Shown here: positions 48,778-56,371 of the stretch, piece after piece | Layout: every line of letters begins with the position of its first letter | Position numbering within the stretch: position 1 is the first letter of the stretch | Source: a virus | Length of the DNA stretch: 64,000 bases | Reading direction: 5' to 3' (one strand) | IMG/VR virus record: IMGVR_UViG_3300009509_000013 | Coordinates: 10,286 to 74,285 of that record | Translations under genes and position numbers: made by a program | The notes under the pieces: generated by a model | What the model was told of the DNA's origin: nothing | Databases searched by the model: none | Seen by the model: the letters and a program-made list of their open reading frames with translations, nothing else

Positions 48778-49662
48778 TTAGATCGCTTCGGCGATCAATT
48801 CCGCTTCGGCTTCAACCGCCGCTTCGAGCATGTAACGGCGAATCCCCCGGAAGCGCTTCGTTTGAATCGCGACCGGATTCACGAACTCGACGAAATCGCC
48901 GGTCACTTGAACGGCTTCCGGCTCGATCAAGCCTTGCGCGACCAATTCGTCGACGGTCGCTTCGGCTTTCGCGCTCGGAGCTTCCGCCGGACGGGTGACG
49001 ACATAGGAGCCGCCGACCTTGCGCTTCCCGCATTTTCTTTCTTGCTCCAAGGCGACCGCGCCTTCGGGAATCAAGTCAACGCCCTTCGCCGCGATCTTGT
49101 CGCGAGCTTCGGCTTCCATTGCGTCGGAAACGATGTATTCCGCCGCGCTCGGAACGTAAAGCCCGAAGATTCGGCCAAGGGGAAGACGACCGGAGCCGCC
49201 GCAACGCTCGCACATTTTCTTGGCGTCGTCCGCGACTTCGCCGGTCGGCTTGCCGTCGCGTTCGTTGTGCTTCGCGTGACGTCGCATTCCGAGCCAATCG
49301 CGATAGGCGAGTTCGGTTCCGTCGTCGAGCTTCACCTTCCCGCCGGTTCCGCGAACGATCTCGCCCAACCCGCCGCAATCGCCGCAAGCAACCGGCTTGC
49401 CGTCTTGCTCGGTCGCGACGATCTCGCCCTTGCCGGAGCATGTTTCGCAAGCTTTGACTTCGAGGCAATCCGGGCAATCTTCATGCTCGCCTTCGTCGTG
49501 CGCCACGAAGACGACCGTTCCCGGCTCCATAAGCGCCGCCGCGATATGGTGATTCGGGACGCGCTTCGAAAGCCCTTGCTCTTTGACTTCCGTCATGAAC
49601 GCTTCAATCGTCGGATAGTCGCGAGCGCCAACCCATTGAAGATATGTCTTGTTGATTTGCAT
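48778..49662 (-). CDS. protein with DnaJ-type CxxCxGxG zinc-finger repeats
   Basis: CPDC, CETCSGKG, CGDCGGLG and CERCGGSG; AAAGGA SD. Confidence 0.75.
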   Translation of the reverse strand: MQINKTYLQWVGARDYPTIEAFMTEVKEQGLSKRVPNHHIAAALMEPGTVVFVAHDEGEHEDCPDCLEVKACETCSGKGEIVATEQDGKPVACGDCGGLGEIVRGTGGKVKLDDGTELAYRDWLGMRRHAKHNERDGKPTGEVADDAKKMCERCGGSGRLPLGRIFGLYVPSAAEYIVSDAMEAEARDKIAAKGVDLIPEGAVALEQERKCGKRKVGGSYVVTRPAEAPSAKAEATVDELVAQGLIEPEAVQVTGDFVEFVNPVAIQTKRFRGIRRYMLEAAVEAEAELIAEAI

Positions 49663-49697
49663 TGTCCGATCCTTTCGTTTCGTGTTCCGTTGTTCCG

Positions 49698-49765
49698 TTC
49701 TATACTTAGTGTCTCAAATTTCGGTTGAAGTGTCAAGCCTAATTTCGAAAAAAATCACCTAAAAA
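49698..49765 (-). promoter_or_regulatory. early promoter cassette 1
   Basis: TTGACA (49736-49731), 17 nt beginning CTTCAACCG, GACACT (49713-49708); upstream T tracts. Confidence 0.75.
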
Positions 49766-49786
49766 TTCCCCTGAAATATTGCAGTT

Positions 49787-49963
49787 TTAGACCTTCCAAG
49801 GCGGCTTGACCCGCTCGACCTTGCCGGCTTTCGTGTTCCGGGAACGGTTGTTTTTGGAGCGCGAAAAAAGCGAGCGCTCGAAGCCGTCGTTCCGGTCGGC
49901 GTAAGAACCAAGCTCGACCGAAAGCGCGCGACGAAGTGAAAGCGTTGAAGCGTTGCAAGTCAT
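49787..49963 (-). CDS. 58-aa basic protein (not in ORF track)
   Basis: AACGGAGATCGGAACC-ATG; MTCNASTLSLRRAL...KPPWKV*. Confidence 0.45.
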   Translation of the reverse strand: MTCNASTLSLRRALSVELGSYADRNDGFERSLFSRSKNNRSRNTKAGKVERVKPPWKV

Positions 49964-50026
49964 GGTTCCGATCTCCGTTCCTTCCGTTGCCGGCGGAGCC
50001 CCGCGCCCCGCCGGAGTTCGGTCGAC

Positions 50027-50323
50027 CTATCGGTCGACCTTCGGGCAAAGGTCGCCTTGTGCGACCGCCGCCCGGAGCCAAGCCCGCGCGAAAGCTTTCG
50101 CCTTCGCGACGGACGAAAAGCCGCGCCCGCCGTCGATTGCTTCCCAAATGTGACCGAGCATTCCGAGCCGGTCGACGCGATAGTCGCCTTCGCGACCGTC
50201 GATTCGGAACGCGAGCGAATGAACCCGCGAGCCGATCTTCGCGGTTGCGGTTGCGCCATAAATGCGGGAGTCGACTTTTTTGAACGTCATGGTTGAAGCT
50301 CCGTTGTTTGTCGTGTTCTTCAT
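50027..50323 (-). CDS. small early protein
   Basis: MKNT start at the promoter, or internal ATG 50290 with GGAG SD. Confidence 0.6.
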   Translation of the reverse strand: MKNTTNNGASTMTFKKVDSRIYGATATAKIGSRVHSLAFRIDGREGDYRVDRLGMLGHIWEAIDGGRGFSSVAKAKAFARAWLRAAVAQGDLCPKVDR

Positions 50324-50390
50324 TCTATACTTAGTGTCTCATGAATCGGTTGAAGTGTCAACCCCTAATTTCAAAAAAAATGATCTTTTT
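50312..50390 (-). promoter_or_regulatory. early promoter cassette 2
   Basis: TTGACA (50361-50356)-N17-GACACT (50338-50333)-AAGTATAGA-ATGAAGAACACG. Confidence 0.75.
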
Positions 50391-50449
50391 TCTGCTAGGA
50401 AAAATTGAAGTTTTGGCGGGGAGTTCGGGAGCGCGAAGCGCTTCAACCG

Positions 50450-50677
50450 TCAATAAAGAATCGTGTCGAAGCCCAACGAATCGCGCCGCCGGGGAAGGTC
50501 GCGCTTCGGAACGCCGGCTTCCGCCGCGCAAAACCCGACAAGTTCCGGCGAATCCGTGACGATCCCGACGCAAGTCTTCCCGAACATTCCGCGCCCGGAA
50601 TAGTCGCGATAAACGCGCGCGCTTGCGCCTTCGTCTTCCATGCGTTCAACGATTGCTTCCGCTTGTTCAAGTGTCAT
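50450..50677 (-). CDS. small early protein
   Basis: ACGGAGATCGGAACA-ATG; YSGRGMFGKTC.GIV...DSLG...ILY motif typical of small phage proteins. Confidence 0.65.
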   Translation of the reverse strand: MTLEQAEAIVERMEDEGASARVYRDYSGRGMFGKTCVGIVTDSPELVGFCAAEAGVPKRDLPRRRDSLGFDTILY

Positions 50678-50749
50678 TGTTCCGATCTCCGTCAATGAAC
50701 GACGGAGCCCGCCGGCGACCGCCGCCGGCGAAGCTCCGCGCGTTCGTGT

Positions 50750-50950
50750 TCACTTGCAAAACCGGGGAGCCGCGCCCCAACGTTCCGACGTGACGCGATC
50801 CGCTTCTTTGACGATCAAAAGATCGGCGTCCGCGCGATAGCCCATGACGACCGCCTTCACGCCGAAATTTTCGACGACGTGACCGAAGGCGACCCAACGC
50901 CCCGACGCGATCTTGACCGGCTCCATTCTGTCGTTTTCGAATTGTCGCAT
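50750..50950 (-). CDS. small early protein
   Basis: CGGAG SD before ATG 50950 (MRQFENDR). Confidence 0.55.
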   Translation of the reverse strand: MRQFENDRMEPVKIASGRWVAFGHVVENFGVKAVVMGYRADADLLIVKEADRVTSERWGAAPRFCK

Positions 50951-51015
50951 TTGCTCCGCTCCGTTTCGGTTGAAGGGGAGCGCCGGGGTCGAGCCCCGCG
51001 CGCTCCGCGTTTCTG

Positions 51016-51330
51016 TTACTTGTTCACCATGCGATAGATCGTTTCGTTCAAGTTCTCGACGAAGACGCCGTTCGCCGACTCGACGACTTTCATTTCGTAG
51101 GTTCGGCGATTGAAGCGAACGAACTCGACGTCGTAAAGGTCGAGCGCTCGGTCGAGCTTGACGACGATCTTCGTCAACTTCGAACGACCGACGACGAAGT
51201 GAAGACCGTCTTCGCCCGCGACCGCTTGACGCGCTCCGCAAGCCATTTTTGTTCCGACCGTGATTTGACTCCAAATGATTTGACCCGCGTTCATGGTTTC
51301 CGTTCCTTTCGTTGTGTCCGTGTTCTTCAT
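51016..51330 (-). CDS. small early protein
   Basis: MKNT start or ATG 51294 with AAAGGA; I..QI...GAR...DLYDVEF...GVFVENL motif. Confidence 0.65.
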   Translation of the reverse strand: MKNTDTTKGTETMNAGQIIWSQITVGTKMACGARQAVAGEDGLHFVVGRSKLTKIVVKLDRALDLYDVEFVRFNRRTYEMKVVESANGVFVENLNETIYRMVNK

Positions 51331-51418
51331 TCTATACTTAGTGTCTCATAAAAAGCGGAGCCCGTCAAGCAAAAACGACAAGAAAAATTGAAAAAACGAC
51401 ATGAATTTTTCAAATATT
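51319..51418 (-). promoter_or_regulatory. early promoter cassette 3
   Basis: TTGACG (51368-51363)-N17-GACACT (51345-51340); 51363-51418 is identical to 53081-53136. Confidence 0.75.
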
Positions 51419-51502
51419 AGAGCCAAAACAGAGCCAAAACAGAGCCAAATTTCGTCAATAATTACGCCTAGTTGTGAACGACGCCCTAGAATGCCCTAGA
51501 AT
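51419..51502. repeat. short tandem repeats
   Basis: AGAGCCAAAAC x2 plus a partial third (51419-51449); GCCCTAGAAT x2 (51483-51502). Confidence 0.85.
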
Positions 51503-51607
51503 CGACGCAACGAAGCCCGCCCTTGTCCGCGCCCGTGCGACCCCTGAAACGCGCTTGACGCCCCGGAATTCGCGCCCCTATGCCCAAAATTGAGCCCTTC
51601 CGCCGGC

Positions 51608-51752
51608 GATTCAACCGTTCGGGGAAGCGACGCTTCAACCGTTGCGCCCCGCTTCAACCGTTCGGGAGCCGTCGCTTCAACCGAAAGTGATCCAAGGGAT
51701 CGAAGCCCGATCCGGTCGGCTTGCGCCGACCGGCGAGCGCTCGCTTCAACCG
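51608..51752. repeat. cluster of TTCAACCG repeats in non-coding DNA
   Basis: TTCAACCG at 51610, 51634, 51653, 51676 and 51745. Confidence 0.85.
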
Positions 51753-52108
51753 TGATACGCGGCGACGACCGAAACCTTCCCGGCGATCTCGCGTTTGAAC
51801 TCCGCGACCATTTCGGGATCGAACGACCGGAACCGCGACCGGGAAGTCGACACGCCGTTCGCGCTTGTCGTCGACTCGCCGAAGATCGAAGCCGGGGTCG
51901 GTTGGTTCCAACCGTCAACGATCAAAATGAACGGAGCGAAGCCGCCGACGATCTCCGACTCGCTCCGCTTGCGCTTCGCGACGAAGCGAACGAACGGCGC
52001 GGCGTCGTATTGCGCCCAAGTCTTGCGCCCGTGTTCGATCAACTTCGCTTCAATCGCGATCACGTTTCCGAAAAGCTCGCTCTTTGTGTAAATCGTGACC
52101 TTTCGCAT
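51746..52108 (-). CDS. small early protein
   Basis: 120 aa; AAAGGG SD. Confidence 0.65.
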   Translation of the reverse strand: MRKVTIYTKSELFGNVIAIEAKLIEHGRKTWAQYDAAPFVRFVAKRKRSESEIVGGFAPFILIVDGWNQPTPASIFGESTTSANGVSTSRSRFRSFDPEMVAEFKREIAGKVSVVAAYHG

Positions 52109-52121
52109 TGTTCCGACCCTT

Positions 52122-52250
52122 TCAAGCCTTGCGGCTTATGGTTGCGCGCTTCGCGGTTCCGGTCGTCGGGCGAACTTGGCAAGCGTTCCCGGTTGCCAGC
52201 GTTGCCAGAATGACCATGATCGCGAATGCTTTGTTTGCCGTGTTCTTCAT
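52122..52250 (-). CDS. 42-aa signal-peptide-like ORF (not in ORF track)
   Basis: MKNTANKAFAIMVILATLATGNACQVRPTTGTAKRATISRKA* beginning at the cassette 4 start site. Confidence 0.45.
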   Translation of the reverse strand: MKNTANKAFAIMVILATLATGNACQVRPTTGTAKRATISRKA

Positions 52251-52320
52251 TCTATACTTAGTGTCTCATAAATCGGTTGAAGCGTCAAGCAAAAAACGCA
52301 AGAAAATCTGATTTTTTTCG
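52239..52320 (-). promoter_or_regulatory. early promoter cassette 4
   Basis: TTGACG (52288-52283)-CTTCAACCG...N17-GACACT (52265-52260)-AAGTATAGA-ATGAAGAACACG. Confidence 0.75.
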
Positions 52321-52364
52321 GGTTATTTTTCGGATATTTAGACGAAGGCGGCGATTTTTCGACG

Positions 52365-52392
52365 AAAACCGCCGGGAATCGAACCCGGCGGC
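52365..52392 (-). terminator. intrinsic terminator
   Basis: GCCGCCGGG-TTCGATT-CCCGGCGGT-TTTC after the stop at 52406. Confidence 0.6.
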
Positions 52393-52405
52393 TTGCGTTT
52401 CCGAC

Positions 52406-53020
52406 CTAGTAAAGCGCCTTGACCGCTTCGAGCAACCGGCGAGCCGTCACGACGTCGCCCGCGTCGATTGCCGCTTCAACGCGCGCGTGAAGCAAGTTCC
52501 GAGCGTCGGCGATTGCGTCGTTCGTCATGGGGATCGAAAGAACGTTCGCGGCTTCGGCGACCGGCTCCGCTTCAACCGTCGCGGCTTCGACGATTGCTTC
52601 GGCGGAGATCACAACCGCCGGAGCCGCGCGGAGCGCTTCAAGTTGCGCGTCGGCGGCTTCGCGAACCGAAACATGCTTATAGAAATCAACGTCGAAATAG
52701 TCGGTCATTGAATCGGAGTCGTCGCGATTGTAGGCTTCGACGATCCCGGCGATCTTGTCTTCGGTTTCCTTCCAAGCGTCGAGCGCTTCCCAATCCCGCC
52801 CATATTCGTCGTTAGTGTCGCGAAGCGTGACGAATTGAACCGGAGCTTCTTTGACGTCGACGGAAAGGCTTTGGCCCATGCTGTAACGGGAAATCCGAAC
52901 GCCGAACTTCCAACCCTTGCCGAAAGCGGCTTTCAAGTCGGCGCGAACTTTCTTCGCGACGTCTTTCAAGTCTTGCCCGTTCTCGAATTTGCTTCCAATG
53001 TATCCGCGTCCGTAACTCAT
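52406..53020 (-). CDS. LPD29-like domain protein
   Basis: AKKVRADLK..F...KFGVR...YSMG.S..V...YN.DDSDSMTDYFDV motif; GGCGGAG SD. Confidence 0.7.
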   Translation of the reverse strand: MSYGRGYIGSKFENGQDLKDVAKKVRADLKAAFGKGWKFGVRISRYSMGQSLSVDVKEAPVQFVTLRDTNDEYGRDWEALDAWKETEDKIAGIVEAYNRDDSDSMTDYFDVDFYKHVSVREAADAQLEALRAAPAVVISAEAIVEAATVEAEPVAEAANVLSIPMTNDAIADARNLLHARVEAAIDAGDVVTARRLLEAVKALY

Positions 53021-53047
53021 GATCTCCGCCTTTCTTGTTGTGTTCCG

Positions 53048-53136
53048 TTCTATACTCTTTGTCTCATAAATCGGTTGAAGCGTCAAGCAAAAACGACAAG
53101 AAAAATTGAAAAAACGACATGAATTTTTCAAATATT
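53048..53136 (-). promoter_or_regulatory. early promoter cassette 5
   Basis: TTGACG (53086-53081)-CTTCAACCG...N17-GACAAA; duplicated 56-bp upstream block. Confidence 0.7.
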
Positions 53137-53335
53137 CGGATTCATTGAAGATTTTCTTCAAAAAAAATTGCTTTTTTGGGGTCGATTTTTCTGAAATTAG
53201 GCTTCGACGGAGCCCCGGAACGGAGAAACCGGAGCCCCGTCGAGCCCGAACGGAACGGAACGAAGTCGATTCGTTGACCCGGCGAGCCCCGCCGGGAGCC
53301 GCCGGCGGTTAGCGCCGGCGGCTTTCGTCGTCGGT

Positions 53336-53869
53336 TCAAGCGGCTTCGGGAATCACGAACGCGCCTTTCGGCCCGATTCCTTCGACGCCGGGGAAGTAAG
53401 CCTTCAAGACTGCCCAAAGATTCCCCTTGTAAGCCGCCGGGAACGTGTTCAACTTGGCTTGTTTGTCCCAACGTCGACCGGGAACCCGGCGGAGCGCGGC
53501 GACAAAGCCTTCGAAGTCTTCGTCGGTCGGCTTGGCGCGGAGCCCGATCCGGTCGCCTTCGAGTTCGACGATCTCGACCGGGCGAACGCGCTTCACGATC
53601 CGGTCGGCGAGCTTGTCGCAACCAAGCGCGCGGAGCGCGGCGACGCCTTCGACGACCGCGATCCCGGTCTGTTCAAGCGCGATTGCGTAAACGATCCGAT
53701 TCGCTTCGGCGCGCTTGTCTTCGTCGAGCGACGCGACGCCGTATTTCTTCCGGCAATCGGGACCGAGCCCGGCTTCGACGGAAGCGGCGTCAACCAAGGG
53801 ACGACCGCAAGCGGCGCAATGGGTCGCGAGCATTTGCGTTGCGGGAGCGTTTTCATAGTTGCTTGACAT
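53336..53869 (-). CDS. DUF6011-like Zn-finger protein with C-terminal HARP-like domain
   Basis: CAACGRPL.D..S...GLGPDC and C-terminal VPGRRWD...FP; ACGGAGATC SD. Confidence 0.7.
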   Translation of the reverse strand: MSSNYENAPATQMLATHCAACGRPLVDAASVEAGLGPDCRKKYGVASLDEDKRAEANRIVYAIALEQTGIAVVEGVAALRALGCDKLADRIVKRVRPVEIVELEGDRIGLRAKPTDEDFEGFVAALRRVPGRRWDKQAKLNTFPAAYKGNLWAVLKAYFPGVEGIGPKGAFVIPEAA

Positions 53870-53898
53870 GGTTTCGATCTCCGTTGTTTGTGTTCCGT

Positions 53899-54084
53899 TC
53901 AACCCTTCGCGATTTCGACCGCCGCGCGATAGCTTGAAAGATTCTCGCCGCGACCGTCGACCGTTCCGATTTCAAAGCCGTCGCCGATCCGCGTGACGAT
54001 TCGCCCGAAGACAACCGCCGTCGCGCCTTGCGAAAGCTCGAAAAGCCGTTTCCGAATGTTCTCGATTTTCTTTGCGTTGTTCAT
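53899..54084 (-). CDS. small early protein
   Basis: AAAGGGAACGGAAC-ATG directly after cassette 6. Confidence 0.6.
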   Translation of the reverse strand: MNNAKKIENIRKRLFELSQGATAVVFGRIVTRIGDGFEIGTVDGRGENLSSYRAAVEIAKG

Positions 54085-54096
54085 GTTCCGTTCCCT

Positions 54097-54165
54097 TTCT
54101 ATTCTCAGTGTCGCAAATTCCCGCGTTCGTGTCAAGTCTAATTTCGAAAAAATTCACCTAAAAAG
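54097..54165 (-). promoter_or_regulatory. early promoter cassette 6
   Basis: TTGACA (54135-54130)-N17-GACACT (54112-54107); upstream block nearly identical to 49731-49764. Confidence 0.7.
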
Positions 54166-54241
54166 TGATAGGAAAAACGCCAAATATTCCGACAATTTGA
54201 CAGAAAATGACCGCGAGCGCTTCAACGAATCGGCGTTTTGC

Positions 54242-54270
54242 TTGTCGATTTTAGTCAAAGCGGATAGAAT
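54242..54270 (+). promoter_or_regulatory. sigma70-like promoter of the divergent HTH operon
   Basis: TTGTCG-N17-TAGAAT. Confidence 0.55.
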
Positions 54271-54325
54271 TGAAGAATCAAGATTGACGCCGGCGGAACG
54301 CCGGCAAAACGACGGAGTTCACAAA

Positions 54326-54583
54326 ATGCCAAGGGGAAGAACCGCGAAGGTTGAACCGAAGACGGAAGGCGCGCGCCTTTTGCTCGAAGCAATCGAGAAC
54401 GATCCGAAGCTCGACCAAACCCGCGCGGCGCGTGAAGCCGGGCTTCCGCTCGGATTGATCAACCATATCTTGCACGGAAGGCGAAGCCTTTCGCTTGAAG
54501 TCGCCGTGAAAATCGAAAAGCGCTTCGGCGTTCCGCCGGCGGCTTGGTTGGAGCCCGCGCGCGAAAGCCGGGAAGCCGCATGA
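54326..54583 (+). CDS. XRE/HigA-type helix-turn-helix regulator
   Basis: QTRAAREAGL...INHILHGRRSLSLEVAVKIEKRFGVP..AWL; GGAG SD before ATG 54326. Confidence 0.85.
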   Translation: MPRGRTAKVEPKTEGARLLLEAIENDPKLDQTRAAREAGLPLGLINHILHGRRSLSLEVAVKIEKRFGVPPAAWLEPARESREAA

Positions 54584-54687
54584 AGTTGATCGCCCTTTTG
54601 ATTGCGGCGTTCGCCCTTTTGATCGTGTCGATCTTTCTTCATGCGTTCGCCGGAACGCCGGCGAATTTTGATCCGCTCGATCCCTAG
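54580..54687 (+). CDS. 35-aa single-TM peptide (not in ORF track)
   Basis: ATGA overlap with the HTH stop; MKLIALLIAAFALLIVSIFLHAFAGTPANFDPLDP*. Confidence 0.5.
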   Translation: MKLIALLIAAFALLIVSIFLHAFAGTPANFDPLDP

Positions 54688-54702
54688 CGGTATTCTCCCG
54701 CT

Positions 54703-54978
54703 ATGCCATTCCCAAACGAACACGCCGCGCGACAAGTCGACCCCGGTCAATTCGAAAGCTTTCGCCGAACCAAGCCGAAAGGTTTTCCGAAAGGGGTTTC
54801 GGCGATCATAGGAATTCGAAGCAACGGGAAGACCGCGATTCAATCGCTTCGCTTCGACAAAAATCTTTGGACAGTAGCGCAAGCGCGAACGTGGCTTCGA
54901 AACAACAAGTTCAAAACGACAATCGAACCCGCGAGCGGAAAGCCCGTCAACAAAAATTTTTGGGGGAACGCCGTTTGA
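54703..54978 (+). CDS. stand-alone head-associated domain protein
   Basis: MPFPNEHAAR..DP..F..FRR...QSLRFDK..WT..QA..W resembles a module I recall fused to phage head proteases; ends VNKNFWGNAV. Confidence 0.7.
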   Translation: MPFPNEHAARQVDPGQFESFRRTKPKGFPKGVSAIIGIRSNGKTAIQSLRFDKNLWTVAQARTWLRNNKFKTTIEPASGKPVNKNFWGNAV

Positions 54979-55169
54979 ATGATTGCCCGACATGCGAAGC
55001 AATGCGGGAGCAAGCCGAACGCCTTCGCGAAATCATTGAAGCCGACCGCGAGCGCGTAAAGCTCGCCGACGTCGTGATCGCCGCCGCGAGAAAATCAAAA
55101 GACGAAGACGTTCAACGCGCCGTTCGAATCTTCGACGAAGCGCTCGCCCTTCAAAGCGCGACGCCGTAA
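54975..55169 (+). CDS. small CxxC coiled-coil protein
   Basis: TTGA overlap; CPTC followed by a helix. Confidence 0.5.
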   Translation: MNDCPTCEAMREQAERLREIIEADRERVKLADVVIAAARKSKDEDVQRAVRIFDEALALQSATP

Positions 55170-55636
55170 GCGTGACCGACCGCGCGACACGCGCGACACA
55201 AACAGCATTGACAACCGTCCGAATGATGATTGCCACGAAGATTCGTCAAAATGATCTTCGCGCCGGCGAGCGACAAACCGCGTCGGGCTTTCGTCACGGC
55301 GTCGTCGTGAATTTCCGTCGCGCGTTGTTCGATTTCTTCGACGACGCGAGCCGCGACCGAATGCCAATTCTTTTCGGCGGCGTCTTCGTCGAATAGGTCG
55401 AAGCACGCTTCGCAAACCGCGTCTTCGATTGCGATCAAAATCGCCGGTTCAATCGTCGAAATCGGTTCCGGCTTTGGTTCCGGTTCGGGCTCCGGCTCCG
55501 GGTCGGGTTGCGCTTCGGGCTTGAACGTGACCTTCGTCGGCGTCAACGTGACTTTCGCGAAGTCTTGAAAGCCGAAGTTCGTCTTTCCGTTGCCGCCGTT
55601 TCCGCCCGACTTTGTGATCGCTTGAACCGCCGTCAT
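55151..55636 (-). CDS. hypothetical protein (PE repeats, C-terminal Cys cluster)
   Basis: ATGA overlap; PEPEPEPEP; CQCCLCRAC. Confidence 0.55.
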   Translation of the reverse strand: MTAVQAITKSGGNGGNGKTNFGFQDFAKVTLTPTKVTFKPEAQPDPEPEPEPEPKPEPISTIEPAILIAIEDAVCEACFDLFDEDAAEKNWHSVAARVVEEIEQRATEIHDDAVTKARRGLSLAGAKIILTNLRGNHHSDGCQCCLCRACRAVGHAYGVAL

Positions 55637-55920
55637 GACCGGACAAGCCGCAAGTGAAGTTGACGGTCGTCGACCTTTGGCTTCCGGTCTTGAAGCGCTT
55701 CGATTGTCGCGCAAGCCTTCGAAGTCGCCGCGTCGGTCGGCGCGATTCGGTCGGCGTCAAAACTTCCCTTCGCTTGAACGAATTCCGTGAACGCTTTCAA
55801 AAGTTGATCCCGTTCGTCTTTGAAGCGCGCGCCTTCGTCTTCAAGTTTTTGCATTTGACGAAGCAAGAAATCGCAATCGCGCTCCCGCGCTTCGAGCGCG
55901 GCTTTCGTTTCTTTGTCCAT
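55633..55920 (-). CDS. coiled-coil protein
   Basis: AACGGAGATCGAAAAC-ATG at 55920. Confidence 0.6.
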   Translation of the reverse strand: MDKETKAALEARERDCDFLLRQMQKLEDEGARFKDERDQLLKAFTEFVQAKGSFDADRIAPTDAATSKACATIEALQDRKPKVDDRQLHLRLVRS

Positions 55921-56071
55921 GTTTTCGATCTCCGTTCTTTCGGCCCGAACCTTCACTTGAAACACGCCGGAGCGACGCGCGCAACAAACAAAACGCGACG
56001 CCGCTCCGCCGAAAACGAAAACTTCGCGCCATTTCTCGCGAAGAATCTTCAAATTCGAACCGATCTTTTCG

Positions 56072-56371
56072 TTATGGTTTGACAATCGTCGGGTGATTCT
56101 TTTCCGCTTCGATTGCGTTCGCCTTCGCTTCGAGAACCCAAAGCGCCGCGATCCGAGTCAATTCGGCGTAAAGATTCGAAACGATAGCGTTCGCCGATTG
56201 CGTCGACGTTCCAATCGCCGCGAAACCGAGCCCGACTTCGTTTCCGAGCGCTTCGGACATTTCCGAAAACTTCGCGAGCGCTTCAACGCCCGTTTCGGTC
56301 GCCGCCTTCAATTGATCGAGATAGTCGGCGAGCTTTGGATTCAAGCCGCGAATCGAGTCATTTTCTGCCAT
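56072..56371 (-). CDS. helical hypothetical protein
   Basis: GGAAAGGGA SD before ATG 56371. Confidence 0.6.
   Translation of the reverse strand: MAENDSIRGLNPKLADYLDQLKAATETGVEALAKFSEMSEALGNEVGLGFAAIGTSTQSANAIVSNLYAELTRIAALWVLEAKANAIEAEKNHPTIVKP

Noticed and set aside
51608-51690. TTCAACCG cluster as a mini-CRISPR
   Set aside because: Repeats (8-13 bp) and spacers (about 10-15 bp) are too short and irregular.
52365-52395. tRNA T-arm-like GGGTTCGATTCCC
   Set aside because: No acceptor, D or anticodon arms; it is the loop of a terminator-like hairpin.
49698-54165. Dispersed repeats as a CRISPR array
   Set aside because: Copies are 0.6-1 kb apart with genes between them and have promoter architecture; no cas genes.
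55921-56071. Possible ORF extension or ncRNA with hairpin GGAGCGGCG...CGTCGCTCC
   Set aside because: One imperfect hairpin and no convincing RBS or family match; insufficient support.
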